Shown here: positions 53,202 to 64,000 of the stretch, piece by piece
How the letters are laid out: every line of letters begins with the position of its first letter
Numbering within the stretch: position 1 is the first letter of the stretch
Assembly (NCBI GenBank): GCA_963823665.1
Contig: CAWGMQ010000008.1
Location: 832,001-896,000, forward strand
Length of the DNA stretch: 64,000 bases
From: an uncultured Planctomycetota bacterium
Lineage (GTDB): Bacteria > Planctomycetota > Planctomycetia > Isosphaerales > Isosphaeraceae
Reading direction: 5' to 3'
Position numbers and translations under genes: made by a program
The notes under the pieces: model-generated
Seen by the model: only the letters and a program-made list of their open reading frames with translations
Database searches by the model: none
What the model was told of the DNA's origin: nothing

Positions 53202-55162
53202 ATGAAGCGATTCCTGATTACCGCTTTTCTCATGGCCGGGACCAGCGTTGTGCCGGTCTTGGCCCTGCACGCCCAGCAACCTCCTCCCTCCGCGACGGCC
53301 GGCCAGCCAGCAGCGAAGGCCGCAGAAAAAACGGCGACGACAGCGTCGAGTGATCCGATCGACCGAATCAAGGAAGAGGGATTGCAACGGTCGCAGGTGA
53401 TGGCGACCATGGGCTACTTGACCGACGTGATCGGTCCTCGCCTCACCGGTTCGCCCAACATGAAGCGCGCCAACGAGTGGACGCGCGACAAGCTCGCCGC
53501 GTGGGGGCTGGCAAACGCACATCTTGAAGCGTGGGGACCATTCGGCCGAGGCTGGACGCTCAAGCGATTCTCGGCGCAGGTGGTCGCTCCCCAGTGCATT
53601 CCATTGATCGGTTATCCCAAGGCGTGGTCTCCCGGTGTCGAAGGCACGCTCGAAGCTCCGGTGGTTTATTTCGACGCCAAGACCGAAGCCGAGTTCGACA
53701 AATTCAAGGGCAAGCTGAAGGGTGCGATCGTGCTCGTCAGCCCAATTCGCGAGGTGCAGGCGCGCTGGGAGCCCCTGGCGTTGCGCAAGACGGATAGCGA
53801 GCTGCTCGCTCTCGCCGACGCCGCCGAGCCAGCCGCCCGGGGCGGCCGGCGTGGACAGGCCGCTCAGGGCCAGCGCGGCCCTGGTGGTCCAAACGCCGGG
53901 CCCAGGGCAGCCGGTGCTCCCGGCGCCCAGCGCCAGCCGGTACGCCGGCCGTCGCCGGTGGCGCCCCGCCGGCTCCAGGTGCGCCAGGCCAGCAACCGCG
54001 AGCGGGCCGATTCGGATCGCCCGAGATGATGGCCCAGTTTGAATTGCAGCGCAAGAAAACCCAGTTCCTTGCAGGCGAGGAAGTCGCCATGCTCGTCGAG
54101 CCCAGCAACCAGGGCGACGGCGGCACATTCTTCGTCCAGTCGGCGAGCATCCCCAGCGCCAATCCGTTCGGCGGCGGAGGAGGAGGCCCGGGCGCCGCAC
54201 AGGGCCCACGCGTCTACTCGAAGGATGCACCCAAGATCACTCCGCAGCTCGTGCTCGCCAAGGAGCACTACAACCGGCTCGTTCGAATGTGCGAGGCCGG
54301 CGAAAGCGTCAAGATCGCCGTCGAGCTGAAAGTCGAGTTCCACGACCAGGACCTGATGTCCTACAACACTGTCGCCGAAATCCCCGGCACCGATCTGAAG
54401 AATGAGCTGGTGATGCTTGGCGGTCACATGGATTCCTGGCACAGCGGCACCGGTGCCACCGACAACGGCGCCGGAGTTTCCGTCGGCATGGAGGCAATGC
54501 GCATCCTCAAGGCGCTCGACTTGAAACCCCGCCGAACCATCCGCATCGCACTCTGGAGCGGCGAAGAACAAGGGCTCATGGGCTCGCGAGCTTTCGTCCG
54601 GGAACACTTCGGCCGCAGCCCCCAGATGAACTTCGGCGGCGGTGGCCCACCCGGTAACGCCCCGGCGGCCGGCCAGAACGGCAACGCAAATGGAAACGGA
54701 GCGACCAAGGATTCGACCGATTCCACGACCAAGGCGAATTATGATAATTTCTCCGTCTACTTCAACCTCGACAACGGAACGGGTAAGATCCGGGGCGTCT
54801 ACATGCAGGGCAATGAGAACGTCCGCCCGATCTTCCGCAAGTGGCTCACGCCCTTCCGCGAAATGGGAGCGACCACGCTGACGATCTCCAACACCGGTGG
54901 AACCGACCATCAGTCGTTTGACGGAATCGGCCTTCCCGGCTTCCAGTTCATCCAGGACGAGGTCGAGTACGACACCCGGACGCACCATTCCAATCAGGAT
55001 GTCTTCGACCGCATTCAGGCCGACGACATGAAGCAGGCTTCGGTGATCATGGCTGCCTTTATTTATAACGCAGCCACGATGGATCAAAAGTTCCCGCGAA
55101 AACCGCGCCCGCGAGCTCCGAGTCGCGACGGGCCAGCACCTCGCACCGCGGCAACTCCATGA
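53202..55162 (+). CDS. M28 family metallopeptidase (carboxypeptidase Q-like); frameshift near 53927
   Basis: Signal peptide and IGPRLTGSP in the first frame. [29 protein letters not shown] and HHSN.D in the second frame. Confidence 0.9.
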
Positions 55163-55388
55163 TCCGATCGCTTGATGATCGACGAGTCGATTGATTCGAT
55201 CAGGAAACTGAACATGGATTGGCGGACGGGGGACGGAGCCCCATTCTCCTCCCCCATCCGGTCGTGGCATCCAAACGACCGCCACACGAAGACAGCTTCG
55301 TTCCCACGCCCCCGCGCGGGAACGGTCTTCGCGCCGTCCTGCGGCGTGCTCACAAACGTTTTACAACGTGATTCGCATCCTCAGATCC

Positions 55389-56352
55389 TTACAATCCCGA
55401 TGCCAGCCAGCGGACTGCGTTAGTCAGGATCAAGAGCGGAATCTGTTGCGTGAATACAGCGTAGGTTTCGTGACCGGGCCGGAAATAAAACACCCGGCCC
55501 TTTCCGAGCTTCCAGATCGCACCGCTACGAAACCACTCGCCCGAAGCCCAGCGCTCTTCCAGAACCACTTCGTCCGGTTCGGGCACGTGGAATGGCTCGT
55601 CGTACATCTCTGTCTGGGCGATCTCGAATTCCTTGGGCACGCCTCGGGCAATCGGATGATCTGGTTTCAGAACAATCACGCGGCTGGGTTTCCCATCGCA
55701 CGATAGGCCGGAAAACAGCAAAGCGGTAGATGGACCGTCGCCGTTGCATGGCCGTCGGGAAATTTCCGCCAGGACAAGCAAGGCGTGAGACGCCCGTCCG
55801 CTTTCGGGACGGTATACCGTGGAGCGGGCGAAACGTAAGACACAACAACTCGCTCGTTGCCTCCCGCTCGCAGCCTTTCGGCGAAATCGATTCTCGTGCG
55901 CTCGTTCATGGCTTCGACGAACGGCGTCGACCAGTGGGCGGAATGAATCGCGATCAGGGATAGCTTCCCGTCCTTGATCCTCTGAACGATCGATCGACCG
56001 GACTCTGGTGTGATCTCCGCATGCCGAACATGCCCCCACCAGATCAGCACCTGGCAGTCGTCGAGCTCGCCGGACGCCAAGCCTTGGCCAGTATCGTTGA
56101 TGTTCACCGATCGGACCGAGATTCCGGGTTGAGACTGGAGATGACCCGCAATCTGTTTTCCCAGAAAGTCCGCATAGGCTTGTTTCTGGGCAGGCTGTTG
56201 CTCGTCCCACACGACAACTTTGATCGGCTGCGCCGGGGTACCGCGACCGTTTTCACGCACGGCCAGACCCCGGCTCTCGCCTGCGCGAAGAGCGAGGCGG
56301 CGGCCACCGGCGTTGCCTTGAGCAGCTCCCTGCGCATGCCTGAACGCATCAT
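55389..56352 (-). CDS. ThuA-domain (trehalose utilisation-like) protein with a Tat-like signal; two frameshifts (~56270, ~55700)
   Basis: RRELLK, VVWDE, VLIWWGH, HSAHWS, EMYDEPF.VPEPD and FRSG...G.G.VFYFRPGHETY motifs. Confidence 0.85.
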
Positions 56353-56413
56353 CGTGAAGTCACTCCAGTTGAGCGGGATCGTACTGGACCGCCCGGGATC
56401 AAACGCAATCGCC

Positions 56414-59026
56414 TCACAACTTACCGAGCTTCAGCCGGATCGTCTTGATCTCGAACGGCCGCAGATCAAACCGCACGGATTCGCCGTCCGTCTTCATTTC
56501 AACCCCCGCGTCTTCCATCAAGTTGGCCTGCCGCGCCGCGAGGATTTTCGCGCGGAGCTTGACCGCGACGCCAGCCGACGCCCGGCCGGAGGCCTCATAT
56601 ACGCGGAGCGCAACGTCATCGTCGCGGCTGGGCTTGAGCGACGAGACAACGACATCCGGACTCGAAATCTCAACCAGCCCCCAGCTCTTTGGCAGTGGGC
56701 CTTCGTGCGGCAGCACCGCGCGGCAGACGAGGGGATGATTGAATTCCCAGCCGTCGCGGAAGATTCCGGCCGTGCGCCAGTCACCCTCGTGCGGGACAAG
56801 CGAATAGCGCATCGTCCGTTCCTTACCGAGCTGAAAACCTGTCTCCGACGACATCCCAGGCTCGTATCCACCGCCGAAGCCGTACGCCCCGAGCGTATGG
56901 GCCCGCAACAGCGAGACCAGCATCGTGCCGTTCGAGACCAGGTTGCCTGGCAGGCCGGTATTCACGAGCGCCAGCCCCCGCGCGCCATCGGAGTAATCAA
57001 CCCAGTTCTGTGCGGGAAACTCGATTCCATTCGGGCGATCGATTGATCCAAAGGGAATCTCATGAGTCGACTTTCCTTCCTTGATCGTCGTCGGAAAATG
57101 CGCCTGATAACGCACGAACTTCTCTTGATTGACCAGCCGTGTCGTCACTTCGATCCGGCGCAACCCTTGAACGAGCCTGATCGTGGTCGCGAATTTGCCG
57201 GAACCGAACGGACGCTCAACTCGAAACTCCGAGAAGACGGGACCAGCCAGCACCGTCCCCGGCCCGCTCTTGCCTTCGTCGCTGTAGGCCGCAGTCCCGC
57301 GCGTGGGCACCGGTTGCTGATTGGTCATCGCGATACGACTTCCTCCGTCCAGACCGTGGTACGGCTCCCAAAGATCGCCGCGGTCTTCTTTACGCGAGAC
57401 GACGTTGCCCGGCCCCGAAAGAACCTGCCAGCGCGCGGGCTTGTAGAAAAGGTCAGTGATCGCACCGCTCGACGGCTCAATTGCAGCCCGGTAAAGCCCA
57501 TTCTCGAGGATCGTTGGACCGGAAGCGGCCTTCGGGGCCGCGATCGCATGATTCTGGTCGTCGCCCGCCGAGCCTTTGGAAGGCGAGGCGTGAAAAGTGC
57601 GGTAGCCGATCGCCGGTACATCGCGAGCAACGAAGCTCACCCGGGCCGTCTTCAAGCCGCCGTCCCAGTACCGCGTCGATTCGCCGATCTGACACGGAAT
57701 CGTCTGCCCGTCCGAGTCGGTGATTTTGACGCCAGTGACGCCCCCTTCGCCGAAGCCGAGGTCGATCGTGGCCAGGTCAGAACGTTTCCATCCCAGTGGA
57801 TTGAAAACCAGCACCGGCGCGCCCGGCCCCCGCGTGTCGATTTTCGAGGCGAGCACATCCCACGTCGAACCGATGATCGAACCAGCCCTGCGCTCGGAAT
57901 ATGCGTAGCTGCCGACCGTGTCATCGTAGACGTGGTCCGTCATCACGCCGGAGGCCAGGTCATGCGTCTCATTAAAAAGGACCGGCTCCCAGGTGCTCAT
58001 CAAGGCGCCGAGATCAGCCGGTGAATCGAGAAGGCCGGCGATCACGCTCAGTTTCTCAGCGGTGAGCAATTGCCGCTCGCAGAGTCGCATCCAGGATTTC
58101 AGCTCGATCCGACTGCTGTAAATACCCTGAAAAATCGGGTTCAGCTCGCCTCTGAAAGTTGGGAGGTCGGTGCGTTTCGAGATGACCGCCTCGACTTCGG
58201 CCGGGATGGCCAGCCGCAAGTTGAACGGAGCCTTTGGATCGCGATTGAATTCGACGGCGCGTGCCGCCAGGTGTTCCTCAGGCTCGCAAACATCCACGCC
58301 CGCCGGGCCAATGCGGTGCGGTCCTTTAGCGTTTGGCTCAAGCGCGTCGAATCGTTCTTTCATGAACCGCGCGAAGCCGGCGGCATCGTTCGGCGCACCA
58401 TAGGCGAGCCCGTAACCATATGGAAGCCAGTACGCAGGGATCTTCGTGCCGTCGATCCCCTCCCAAAGGAACTCGGAGGGATGATTCTGCCGATTCACGC
58501 CGCGGAAAAACCAGAACGACTTGTAGCCGCCCTGCGCGAGCAACTGAGGCATCTGCGCGTGGTGCCCGAAGGTGTCGAGCAGCCAGCCCGTCGTGACGTC
58601 CACACCGAGTTTGTCGCGGAAGTACCCCTTGCCATATTGCATCTGCCGCACGAAAGTCTCGCCCCCCGGCATGTTCACATCGGGCATGACGTCGAGCGCA
58701 CCGGCGAGCTGCAGCCGCCCTTCGGCCAGGAACCTGCGGAAGTCGGCTTCCTCTGCCGGGTAGCGCTCCAGGAATGGCCGCACGTACGCCACCTGGTCGA
58801 GCGTGAACCGGAAGCTCGGCTGCTCTCGCAGCAGACGCATTGCCTTCACGATGTTCGGCAGCCCCATCTCCAAATACTCTTCGCGGGTCTTGAACACGGC
58901 CCCTTCCCAGTGCGTGTGCGGAATCACCCAGAACGTCTCCTTTCCGTCCTTCGCATCCTGGGCCATGACAGCGGAGCCCGCGAACAGGCCGAAGAAACTC
59001 ACAAACAGGCAACTACACAGTTTCAT
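56414..59026 (-). CDS. Glycoside hydrolase family 38 (alpha-mannosidase-like), secreted
   Basis: IPHTHWE, DVNMPGGETFVRQ, WLLDTFGH..QMPQ, GIYSSR, FNETHD and THEIPFG motifs. Confidence 0.92.
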   Translation of the reverse strand: MKLCSCLFVSFFGLFAGSAVMAQDAKDGKETFWVIPHTHWEGAVFKTREEYLEMGLPNIVKAMRLLREQPSFRFTLDQVAYVRPFLERYPAEEADFRRFLAEGRLQLAGALDVMPDVNMPGGETFVRQMQYGKGYFRDKLGVDVTTGWLLDTFGHHAQMPQLLAQGGYKSFWFFRGVNRQNHPSEFLWEGIDGTKIPAYWLPYGYGLAYGAPNDAAGFARFMKERFDALEPNAKGPHRIGPAGVDVCEPEEHLAARAVEFNRDPKAPFNLRLAIPAEVEAVISKRTDLPTFRGELNPIFQGIYSSRIELKSWMRLCERQLLTAEKLSVIAGLLDSPADLGALMSTWEPVLFNETHDLASGVMTDHVYDDTVGSYAYSERRAGSIIGSTWDVLASKIDTRGPGAPVLVFNPLGWKRSDLATIDLGFGEGGVTGVKITDSDGQTIPCQIGESTRYWDGGLKTARVSFVARDVPAIGYRTFHASPSKGSAGDDQNHAIAAPKAASGPTILENGLYRAAIEPSSGAITDLFYKPARWQVLSGPGNVVSRKEDRGDLWEPYHGLDGGSRIAMTNQQPVPTRGTAAYSDEGKSGPGTVLAGPVFSEFRVERPFGSGKFATTIRLVQGLRRIEVTTRLVNQEKFVRYQAHFPTTIKEGKSTHEIPFGSIDRPNGIEFPAQNWVDYSDGARGLALVNTGLPGNLVSNGTMLVSLLRAHTLGAYGFGGGYEPGMSSETGFQLGKERTMRYSLVPHEGDWRTAGIFRDGWEFNHPLVCRAVLPHEGPLPKSWGLVEISSPDVVVSSLKPSRDDDVALRVYEASGRASAGVAVKLRAKILAARQANLMEDAGVEMKTDGESVRFDLRPFEIKTIRLKLGKL

Positions 59027-59050
59027 CTAGATTACTCCATCCATCTTTCG

Positions 59051-61177
59051 TCAGGGCAGGTAAGGGGGCGGCGCAGCGAGCCGAATCTCGACGGTTGTAC
59101 GTTCGCGGATCGTGCGATCGAGCCAGAGTGATTGCCCGTCCCAGGCAAAGTCTCTGGCATGGAGCGCCTCGCCGCCCAGTCTGACCGTGATCTGACCCTT
59201 CGGGGCATGCGCAAGCTCGAATACCGGGTTCACGCATGGGGTCCTTGGCTTGACAGTGATCTTGATGTCGCGCACGGTGGCTTCCAGCCGGATGGCCCGC
59301 CGCTCGATGACGTATCCATCAAGGTCCGGCCTGGCTCCGACGAGTTCCAGGTCTGGAGGTGCGGCGAAGCTCTTGGCCCGGTCAAGAAGCTGGGCGTCAG
59401 TCTCGTCCGTCATGCCGATCAGCCACGCCCAGCGCCTCACGCTCATTGACCGCGATCGCCCCAGGGAATCCAGCGTCTCGACCATCGCAGATTGAATCGG
59501 CTCCGGGCGGCAGCCGGCCCAGCTCATGATGCTGTTGTGGCACGGCGTGAATGCAATGCGATCGTCAATCTTGCTCCCGGTCGAGTTGCCTCGCGCCAGC
59601 GGCCAATGGCTGCCCCAGTAGCAAGGCGTGACCATTTGGCCCGCGTCAAAAAATGGGCCGAAGACAACCGGGGGAAGTCGTTTTTCGCCCGGGTTGAAAT
59701 ACACCGCCGCCGGTTCCTCATATTTGGATAATCGCAGCCGGTAGATCGCCGGCGTGCCCTTCTTGTCGGCCTCTTTCGCCGCCTCGGGCGGCGTCGCCGG
59801 GTTGGGCAGTCGGAATTCATGCTTGCGACCGTCCAGGTAGAGCACGTCAACCGCACGCTCCGGCAGGATGTCAAACGGATAGCCTCCGGCCGGAGTCAAG
59901 ATGATGAACTCGCTCAACTCATAATCGTTCTTGGGATCGGCCTTCAGGCTGAGCACGCGCGTGCCGAATCCGTCAGGATAGAAATAGTAGTCTTCGACGG
60001 CCTGGTCGCCCCACACCTTGTATTCGAAGTCGGTCGACTGATACGTCCACCGCAAGTGAATCTGCGCCGCCGTCGCTTCGACGACTTCGACCCGTCCGTA
60101 CCGCAATTCCTTATCCATCAGCGGCTCGACGCAGTCGACGGCACCCTTCGGCTGAGAGATGATCTCGGCCCATTCGTAACAGACGCCGGTGTTATGTCGC
60201 CCCGCCCAGAACGGGATGTAGCTCGAGCCCCGCCAGAACACGAACCGCGATCCGCTCGGCAGCCATACCACAACGTCGGTTAGCTCCGGCTTCCAGCCGT
60301 CTTGGTACCGAAGCGTCGAATACTTGCCCGTCCCGGGATCGCGCACCGAGATCGGCGCGTCGAACCGCAGTTTCTCGAAGGTGACGCCAAACCGCGGATG
60401 ACGAAGCGGCTCGAGCACCAGCATGACCGGGATCTGCTTGCGCCACAGCTCCTGTCCATCGCCATTGTCAACTGCAATCAAAAGCACATCCCGATCCCTC
60501 CCGGCGGGAGCCGGCGGGATTTGCAATTGCGCGGTCGCTCGCACGCCGACCTGGAGTGGAAAGAGCACCGAGCTCGCCGCGTCCGTCGTCGACTCGAACC
60601 GGGCCGTGAGTCGAGCGCGCGGCCAGCTCTCACTGCGGCTGATCGCCGCCGCCTCGAGCGTCGCCGACTGTCCCGGCCCGAGCAACAGCCAGCCGAGAGG
60701 CACGAGAATCGTCCCCAGGTCCACGGGGTTGACGATCACATCCGGCCGGGCAATCGCTTCTGCCTCGAATTCCGGAAAATGAATCGCTTGGCGAGCCAGC
60801 TCGACGGGCTTCTCCGGAGGCTTTTGGTCCCGCAAAAGCAACACTTCGTCCGCATCACGTTCGAGTGTCACGCGGGCGGCATAAGGCGGCTCAGATGGGA
60901 ATCCGAGCGGGAAACTGGCGCCTTTCGTTCCCTTTGAAACCGCCGTGATGAAGTAGCTCGCCGCCTCGGGCCGATCGCGGGCCTCGACCACAACCTGGAA
61001 CGGCCGCCCAACCCTCTCCAGACCGAAGGGAGGCCGCCAGGGATGACCCTGGTCCAGATAAATCCGGTATGCCGGCGGCCGATCGGTTTGTGCTTGGGCG
61101 CTGGCAGTCCAGCCGATCGCCGAGAACGGAATCGTGCAAGCCAGAGCGATATTCGCAAGCGTCCGGCGGCTTCTCAT
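59051..61177 (-). CDS. Secreted hypothetical protein, first gene of the GH38/ThuA cluster
   Basis: GAGAG RBS-like sequence, ATG 61177 and a signal peptide ending ASAQA. Conserved-looking FVFWRGSSYIP.W, EPLMDK and EDYYFYPDG segments. Confidence 0.8.
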   Translation of the reverse strand: MRSRRTLANIALACTIPFSAIGWTASAQAQTDRPPAYRIYLDQGHPWRPPFGLERVGRPFQVVVEARDRPEAASYFITAVSKGTKGASFPLGFPSEPPYAARVTLERDADEVLLLRDQKPPEKPVELARQAIHFPEFEAEAIARPDVIVNPVDLGTILVPLGWLLLGPGQSATLEAAAISRSESWPRARLTARFESTTDAASSVLFPLQVGVRATAQLQIPPAPAGRDRDVLLIAVDNGDGQELWRKQIPVMLVLEPLRHPRFGVTFEKLRFDAPISVRDPGTGKYSTLRYQDGWKPELTDVVVWLPSGSRFVFWRGSSYIPFWAGRHNTGVCYEWAEIISQPKGAVDCVEPLMDKELRYGRVEVVEATAAQIHLRWTYQSTDFEYKVWGDQAVEDYYFYPDGFGTRVLSLKADPKNDYELSEFIILTPAGGYPFDILPERAVDVLYLDGRKHEFRLPNPATPPEAAKEADKKGTPAIYRLRLSKYEEPAAVYFNPGEKRLPPVVFGPFFDAGQMVTPCYWGSHWPLARGNSTGSKIDDRIAFTPCHNSIMSWAGCRPEPIQSAMVETLDSLGRSRSMSVRRWAWLIGMTDETDAQLLDRAKSFAAPPDLELVGARPDLDGYVIERRAIRLEATVRDIKITVKPRTPCVNPVFELAHAPKGQITVRLGGEALHARDFAWDGQSLWLDRTIRERTTVEIRLAAPPPYLP

Positions 61178-61606
61178 GAGCACGCTCTCTTTCGCCCAGG
61201 ACCCAGGAGAACCGTCATCTGCACATTCAGCCACGGCCGCATGAGATCGTCGAGGCTCTGTGTACAGTAGGTCTCGAAAAACCATGTTGCAACCCCTTAC
61301 CAGGGCCTGCCCGTAAGAATGCGATGCCATCGCCGAACAAACGCTGGTCCCCGTCCAGCGTCCCATTGAGCCTGATGGATCGGGATTTTCCTTGCCGGTG
61401 GTTTTGCTTGAAGCTAACCTGACGGCCAGCTTACGGTTGCGGTCGCAGCGGCGGCGGCGGCACCGGCGAGCGTCTTTCCGCCCTTGGCGGGCGATCCACC
61501 TCGTTGAGCTTCGCGCCAGACGCACGCCGAGCGACATTGTCTGGGAACTCAGGTGATTCGACACAAGTGGCCGCACGAACACGGGGCCCCCACGGAGAGC
61601 CAATCC

Positions 61607-64000
61607 ATGGCCACAGCCGATCCCGACAGGAACCTGCTCTTCGGCATCCTCGCGCTCCAGAACGGCCTGATCGACCAGCCGGATTTGATCGCCGCCTTCC
61701 AGTGCTGGTCGAAGGAACGCCGGCGCCCCATGGCCCAGATACTGGTCGAGCGCGGCGCCCTGACCGGCGACGATCAGGTGATGCTCGAGGGATTGGTCCG
61801 ACGTTACGTGGCCAAGCAGGGCGACAACGTCTTTCGCCCGCCCGTCGCCGGCGCTGATTCCCCACCTCAAGGCGAGAGCGAGCGCATTGCGACGACCGCG
61901 GATCGGCCTGATGAAAACTCCGAGATCCGCCGCTCGCGCCCTGAAAACGGCGGGCCGTCGGAACTCGGTAACCTCACGAGGGGCGCCAGCGATCAAAACG
62001 TCGCCGACGATTCCCTCGATTGGAGCTTCCGCTTGGGCTCCTCGACATCGGAAGGCGGCCGCTTCCGACTGCTGCGGCAGCACGCCCGGGGCGGCATCGG
62101 CGTCGTCTTCGTTGCCCTGGACTCGGAGCTCCATCGCGAGGTCGCCCTCAAACAGATCCAGCCGCAACACGCCGACGATCCGGCAAGCCGTGCCCGTTTC
62201 CTGGTCGAGGCCGAGGTCACTGGCCGGCTGGAACATCCCGGCGTCGTCCCCGTCTATGCACTGGGGCAGAGTGACCAGGGCCGGCCTTTCTACGCGATGC
62301 GGTTCGTCCGCGGCCAAAGCCTCAAAGACGCTCTCGAGAGCTTCCACCAGGCCGATCAAGATCCCAGGCGAGATCCGGCCGAGCGCACCCTTGCCCTCCG
62401 CCAGCTTCTGGGACGGTTTATTGACGTCTGCCATGCGATCGCTTATGCACACAGCCGGGGCGTGCTGCACCGTGATCTCAAGCCCGCAAACATATTGCTC
62501 GGCCCCTACGGCGAGACGTTGGTCGTCGACTGGGGTCTGGCGAAGGTCGTCGGCCGCGACGACCCCACCCCCCGCCCCGCCCCGGAGATGACTTTGCGCC
62601 CCGCCGCGCCTTCCGGAAGCAGTGAGACCATGGCAGGCACGGCCATCGGCACACCGATGTTCATGAGCCCCGAGCAGGCCGAGGGCCGGTGGACTGAGAT
62701 CGGCCCAGCCAGTGACATCTACTGCCTGGGAGCAACCTTGTACTGCCTTCTGACCGGCAAGCCCGCGATCGAGGACCGCGACGTCGACCAGATCCTGGCG
62801 CGGGTGCGGCGCGGCGATTTCCCGCCCCCACGCCAGGTCAACCCCCGAGTGCCGGCCGCGCTCGAAGCGGTCGTCAAGAAGGCCATGGCCCTGCGCCCGT
62901 CCGATCGCTATCCGTCGGCACAGGAGCTCGCCAGGGAAGTCGAGCGCTGGCTCGCCGATGAGCCGGTGAGCGCATGGCGCGAACCGGTCCGCGAACGGGC
63001 GCGGCGCTGGATCGCGCGGCGGCGCACGACCGTCGCTGCGCTGGCCGCGACTGTGCTCGCTTCCACTCTCGGGCTGGCCGCCGTGCTCATGGTCCAGACG
63101 CGTGCCAACGCCTCGCTCAAGTCGGCCAACCTCGATCTGGCGGCGGCCAATCAGCGCGCCAGCGACTTTAACCGCGAGCTGATGCTCGCCAACACTCGCG
63201 AGCGCACCCGCTTCGAGCTGTCGCTCGACGCGATCAAAACATTCCACAGCGGTGTCAGCGAGGATCTCCTGCTCAAAGAGAAGCAATTCGACGCCTTGCG
63301 CACCAAGCTTCTCCGCGGCGCGACCGACTTCTACCAGCGGCTTGAAAGCCTCCTGGCTGGTCAAGCGGACCACCGCTCGCGCACCGCGCTCGGGCAGGCT
63401 TACCACGATATCGGCGAGTTGACAGCCCGGATCGGCACGCAGACCGAAGCGCTCGCCGCACTCAAACGAGGTCTCGAGCTCCGCGTGGCGCTGGCGGCCG
63501 AGCCCGAGGCCGGAGCCGCCACCAAGCTCCAGGCCGCCCAGAGTTTGCTCGCGGTAGGCGACCTCCAGGAGGCAACCGGAGAGTTGAACGATGCCCTGGC
63601 AGCCTACCAGCAAGCGCGCGCCATCCTGGAGCCCTTGGCCCAATCCGAGCCGGAGCCCTTCCGCTACCGCGCAGCCGTCGCGAAATCCCTCCACGGCATC
63701 GCCCGCGTGCAGTACAACCAGGGCCACGCCGGCCTTGCACTCGCATCGCACGAACACGCGCGGGCCATCCGCCAGGAACTGGCTGACGCCAATCCCGGCG
63801 TTACGGAATTCCAGTCCGATCTCGTGGCCAGCCATCACGACATCGGCGCCATCGAACGAACGAGCGGCCACAGGAATCTCGCTCTCGCATCGTACGAGCG
63901 CGCCCGCGAGATCAGCCAGGAGCTCGCCAGCACCAATCCCAAAGAAACGCACTTCCAGAGTGCCCTCGCACAAAGCTATAATGATATCGGCTTCCTTCAC
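61607..64000 (+). CDS. Ser/Thr protein kinase with TM and TPR repeats (3'-truncated by the window edge); different subfamily from K1-K4
   Basis: MATADPDRNLLFGILALQNG start. [22 protein letters not shown] and GTPMFMSPE motifs. The frame appears open to the window end, so it is absent from the ORF track. Confidence 0.92.
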   Translation, partial: MATADPDRNLLFGILALQNGLIDQPDLIAAFQCWSKERRRPMAQILVERGALTGDDQVMLEGLVRRYVAKQGDNVFRPPVAGADSPPQGESERIATTADRPDENSEIRRSRPENGGPSELGNLTRGASDQNVADDSLDWSFRLGSSTSEGGRFRLLRQHARGGIGVVFVALDSELHREVALKQIQPQHADDPASRARFLVEAEVTGRLEHPGVVPVYALGQSDQGRPFYAMRFVRGQSLKDALESFHQADQDPRRDPAERTLALRQLLGRFIDVCHAIAYAHSRGVLHRDLKPANILLGPYGETLVVDWGLAKVVGRDDPTPRPAPEMTLRPAAPSGSSETMAGTAIGTPMFMSPEQAEGRWTEIGPASDIYCLGATLYCLLTGKPAIEDRDVDQILARVRRGDFPPPRQVNPRVPAALEAVVKKAMALRPSDRYPSAQELAREVERWLADEPVSAWREPVRERARRWIARRRTTVAALAATVLASTLGLAAVLMVQTRANASLKSANLDLAAANQRASDFNRELMLANTRERTRFELSLDAIKTFHSGVSEDLLLKEKQFDALRTKLLRGATDFYQRLESLLAGQADHRSRTALGQAYHDIGELTARIGTQTEALAALKRGLELRVALAAEPEAGAATKLQAAQSLLAVGDLQEATGELNDALAAYQQARAILEPLAQSEPEPFRYRAAVAKSLHGIARVQYNQGHAGLALASHEHARAIRQELADANPGVTEFQSDLVASHHDIGAIERTSGHRNLALASYERAREISQELASTNPKETHFQSALAQSYNDIGFLH

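Noticed and set aside
59051..64000. 1649-aa minus-strand ORF in the ORF track
   Set aside because: The part above 61177 is mostly the in-register antisense shadow of the plus-strand kinase starting at 61607. The real minus-strand gene starts at ATG 61177 with a signal peptide.
1..64000. Numerous long overlapping or antisense ORFs; also rRNA, tRNA, tmRNA and RNase P
   Set aside because: Shadow ORFs are expected at this GC content and overlap well-supported genes. No structural RNA signature was recognised by eye.

Overview
High-GC bacterial DNA that looks like a planctomycete, probably Isosphaeraceae-like. This is inferred from LEPR-XLL-type export motifs, DUF1559, a PVC-type CxxCH protein and many Hanks-type kinases. 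The first ~33 kb is dominated by five minus-strand Ser/Thr kinase loci (1457-5902, 20081-23348, 23542-25368, a remnant at 26762-27232, and 27417-32809). They share a distinctive N-terminal leader, and three have near-identical kinase domains. Four share a 44-bp upstream element built on ATGTCACA-N15-(G/A)ACAT. Their C-terminal modules differ: 14 WD40 + TPR, 14 WD40, a multi-TM domain, and 21 WD40 + DUF1559. Accessory genes and decaying gene fragments lie between them. 33-40 kb holds ispH with a wHTH regulator and membrane protein, a PhyH-family gene with a degenerate duplicate of its 3' half bracketing an orphan gene and a RAYT-like transposase fragment, and a ~2 kb non-coding region with structured repeats. 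40-64 kb is more ordinary: a CNNM/CBS protein, apbE-doxX-Gfo/Idh/MocA, a PadR pair, VCBS and Gfo genes, an M28 peptidase, ThuA/GH38/secreted protein, and a further kinase-TPR gene running off the end. About nine single-base frameshifts in otherwise intact reading frames, several at short homopolymers, most likely reflect long-read assembly error. I saw no rRNA, tRNA, CRISPR array, reverse transcriptase or integrase. All calls are by-eye motif recognition; no database searches were run.
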